From IMG/VR virus record IMGVR_UViG_3300046007_007003: a DNA stretch of 64,000 nt, one strand, 5' to 3'. The position numbers and the translations under genes were made by a program. Numbering within the stretch: the stretch's first letter is position 1; the number at the start of each line of letters is the position of its first letter. Below, one piece after another: positions 63,192-64,000 of this stretch. The DNA is from an uncultured virus (IMG/VR IMGVR_UViG_3300046007_007003). Lineage: Duplodnaviria; Heunggongvirae; Uroviricota; Caudoviricetes. A model generated the notes under the pieces. The model had not been told where the DNA came from and made no database searches. It was given only the letters and a program-made list of their open reading frames with translations.

Positions 63192-64000
63192 TCAGAGTAC
63201 GAGTTTTGAACCATCGTGCAGCGCCCACTCGCGGACGGCTGCATTCTTCTTGAGGCTGGGATCACGGGACCATGCGTCCTTGATCGTGAACGCTGCCAGT
63301 TCGCGGTTGGGCAGTCGCTTGAGGTAGGCGATGATCTTCGAGACGTTCCTGTCTGTCGCTCGGTTCGAGAGGGAAGCACACAGGGCATACCGGATCGCGG
63401 AACTGGTCGGGATGGGCGCTTTGTCCGGGTCTGCGATGACCATGTCAGGGTCTGGGCATTCCTTGGCGTTCTCAAGGTAGCCCATGAAATCGATGGCAGC
63501 AGGCTCGCCGATCTGGCCCATCAGTGCCTGCATCGATGCCTTCGGCGACATGCCGAGGTTGATGATCACCGACGCGCGCTGCCATGAGCGGGGCGAGGGG
63601 CACGAGTCAACGTCCCGGTCGAACTTGTGCAGGAACTCAGGGCGGAAGCGCAGGAAGGAGCGGATGCGGGTGTCCACACCGACCATCGAGAAGTAGGCGA
63701 TGGTGTCTTCGAGGTCGGCCTCGACCGGAACGAAGGTCAGTCGGTCGCGCAGATGGGTGGGCATGGTGTTGGCACCGGCACGATCCGATGTGCGGTTGCC
63801 AGCGGTCACGACAACCCAGCCATCCGGCAGGTAGTGGGGTCCGACGCGCCGCTCGTTGACGATCTGGGCGGCGATGTTCTGGCAGGGGACGGGGCCTTGC
63901 ACCAGTTCATCGATGAACAGGACACCCTTGCCCTCGCTCGGCATCCAGTCGGGGCGCATCCGCTGCATGGTCGTGCCATCAGCAGACGGCACAGGCCAGC
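63192..64000 (-). CDS. MoxR-like AAA+ ATPase, 5'-truncated by the window edge
   Basis: Walker B VLFIDEL, TAGNR..D, LRDR, PSPRSW; adjacent to vWA partner. Confidence 0.8.
   Translation of the reverse strand, partial: WPVPSADGTTMQRMRPDWMPSEGKGVLFIDELVQGPVPCQNIAAQIVNERRVGPHYLPDGWVVVTAGNRTSDRAGANTMPTHLRDRLTFVPVEADLEDTIAYFSMVGVDTRIRSFLRFRPEFLHKFDRDVDSCPSPRSWQRASVIINLGMSPKASMQALMGQIGEPAAIDFMGYLENAKECPDPDMVIADPDKAPIPTSSAIRYALCASLSNRATDRNVSKIIAYLKRLPNRELAAFTIKDAWSRDPSLKKNAAVREWALHDGSKLVL

Noticed and set aside
1..64000. tRNA, rRNA, integrase or phage RNA polymerase genes
   Set aside because: None recognised by eye; a tRNA scan was not possible

Overview
The window is essentially a whole GC-rich tailed (podovirus-like) phage genome, almost entirely encoded on the - strand. 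Left to right: small accessory genes; a replication block (family A DNA polymerase with an intein, UvrD-like helicase, primase, SSB-like protein, SNF2-like helicase); internal virion and tail genes; a Cys-rich tail fibre with a glycosyltransferase/sugar-nucleotide module; head-tail genes; major capsid, scaffold and GroES; a lysis block; portal and terminase large subunit; promoter-bearing small-gene cassettes; terminase small subunit; and more accessory genes, ending in a vWA/metallopeptidase and an AAA ATPase. Most striking: the polymerase intein (3566-4423) has no in-frame endonuclease, but a complete HNH endonuclease gene is nested in its +1 frame with its own predicted promoter and RBS. 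A second nested out-of-frame gene lies in the endolysin linker. Also notable: a perfect chromosomal-type parS palindrome, a recurring TATGCGA motif, a sigma4/alpha-CTD-like protein, three free-standing homing endonucleases, a C8 frameshift, and a diverged copy of the window start ~60.2 kb downstream (possible chimera of sister phages). All family assignments come from motif recognition by eye; no searches were run.
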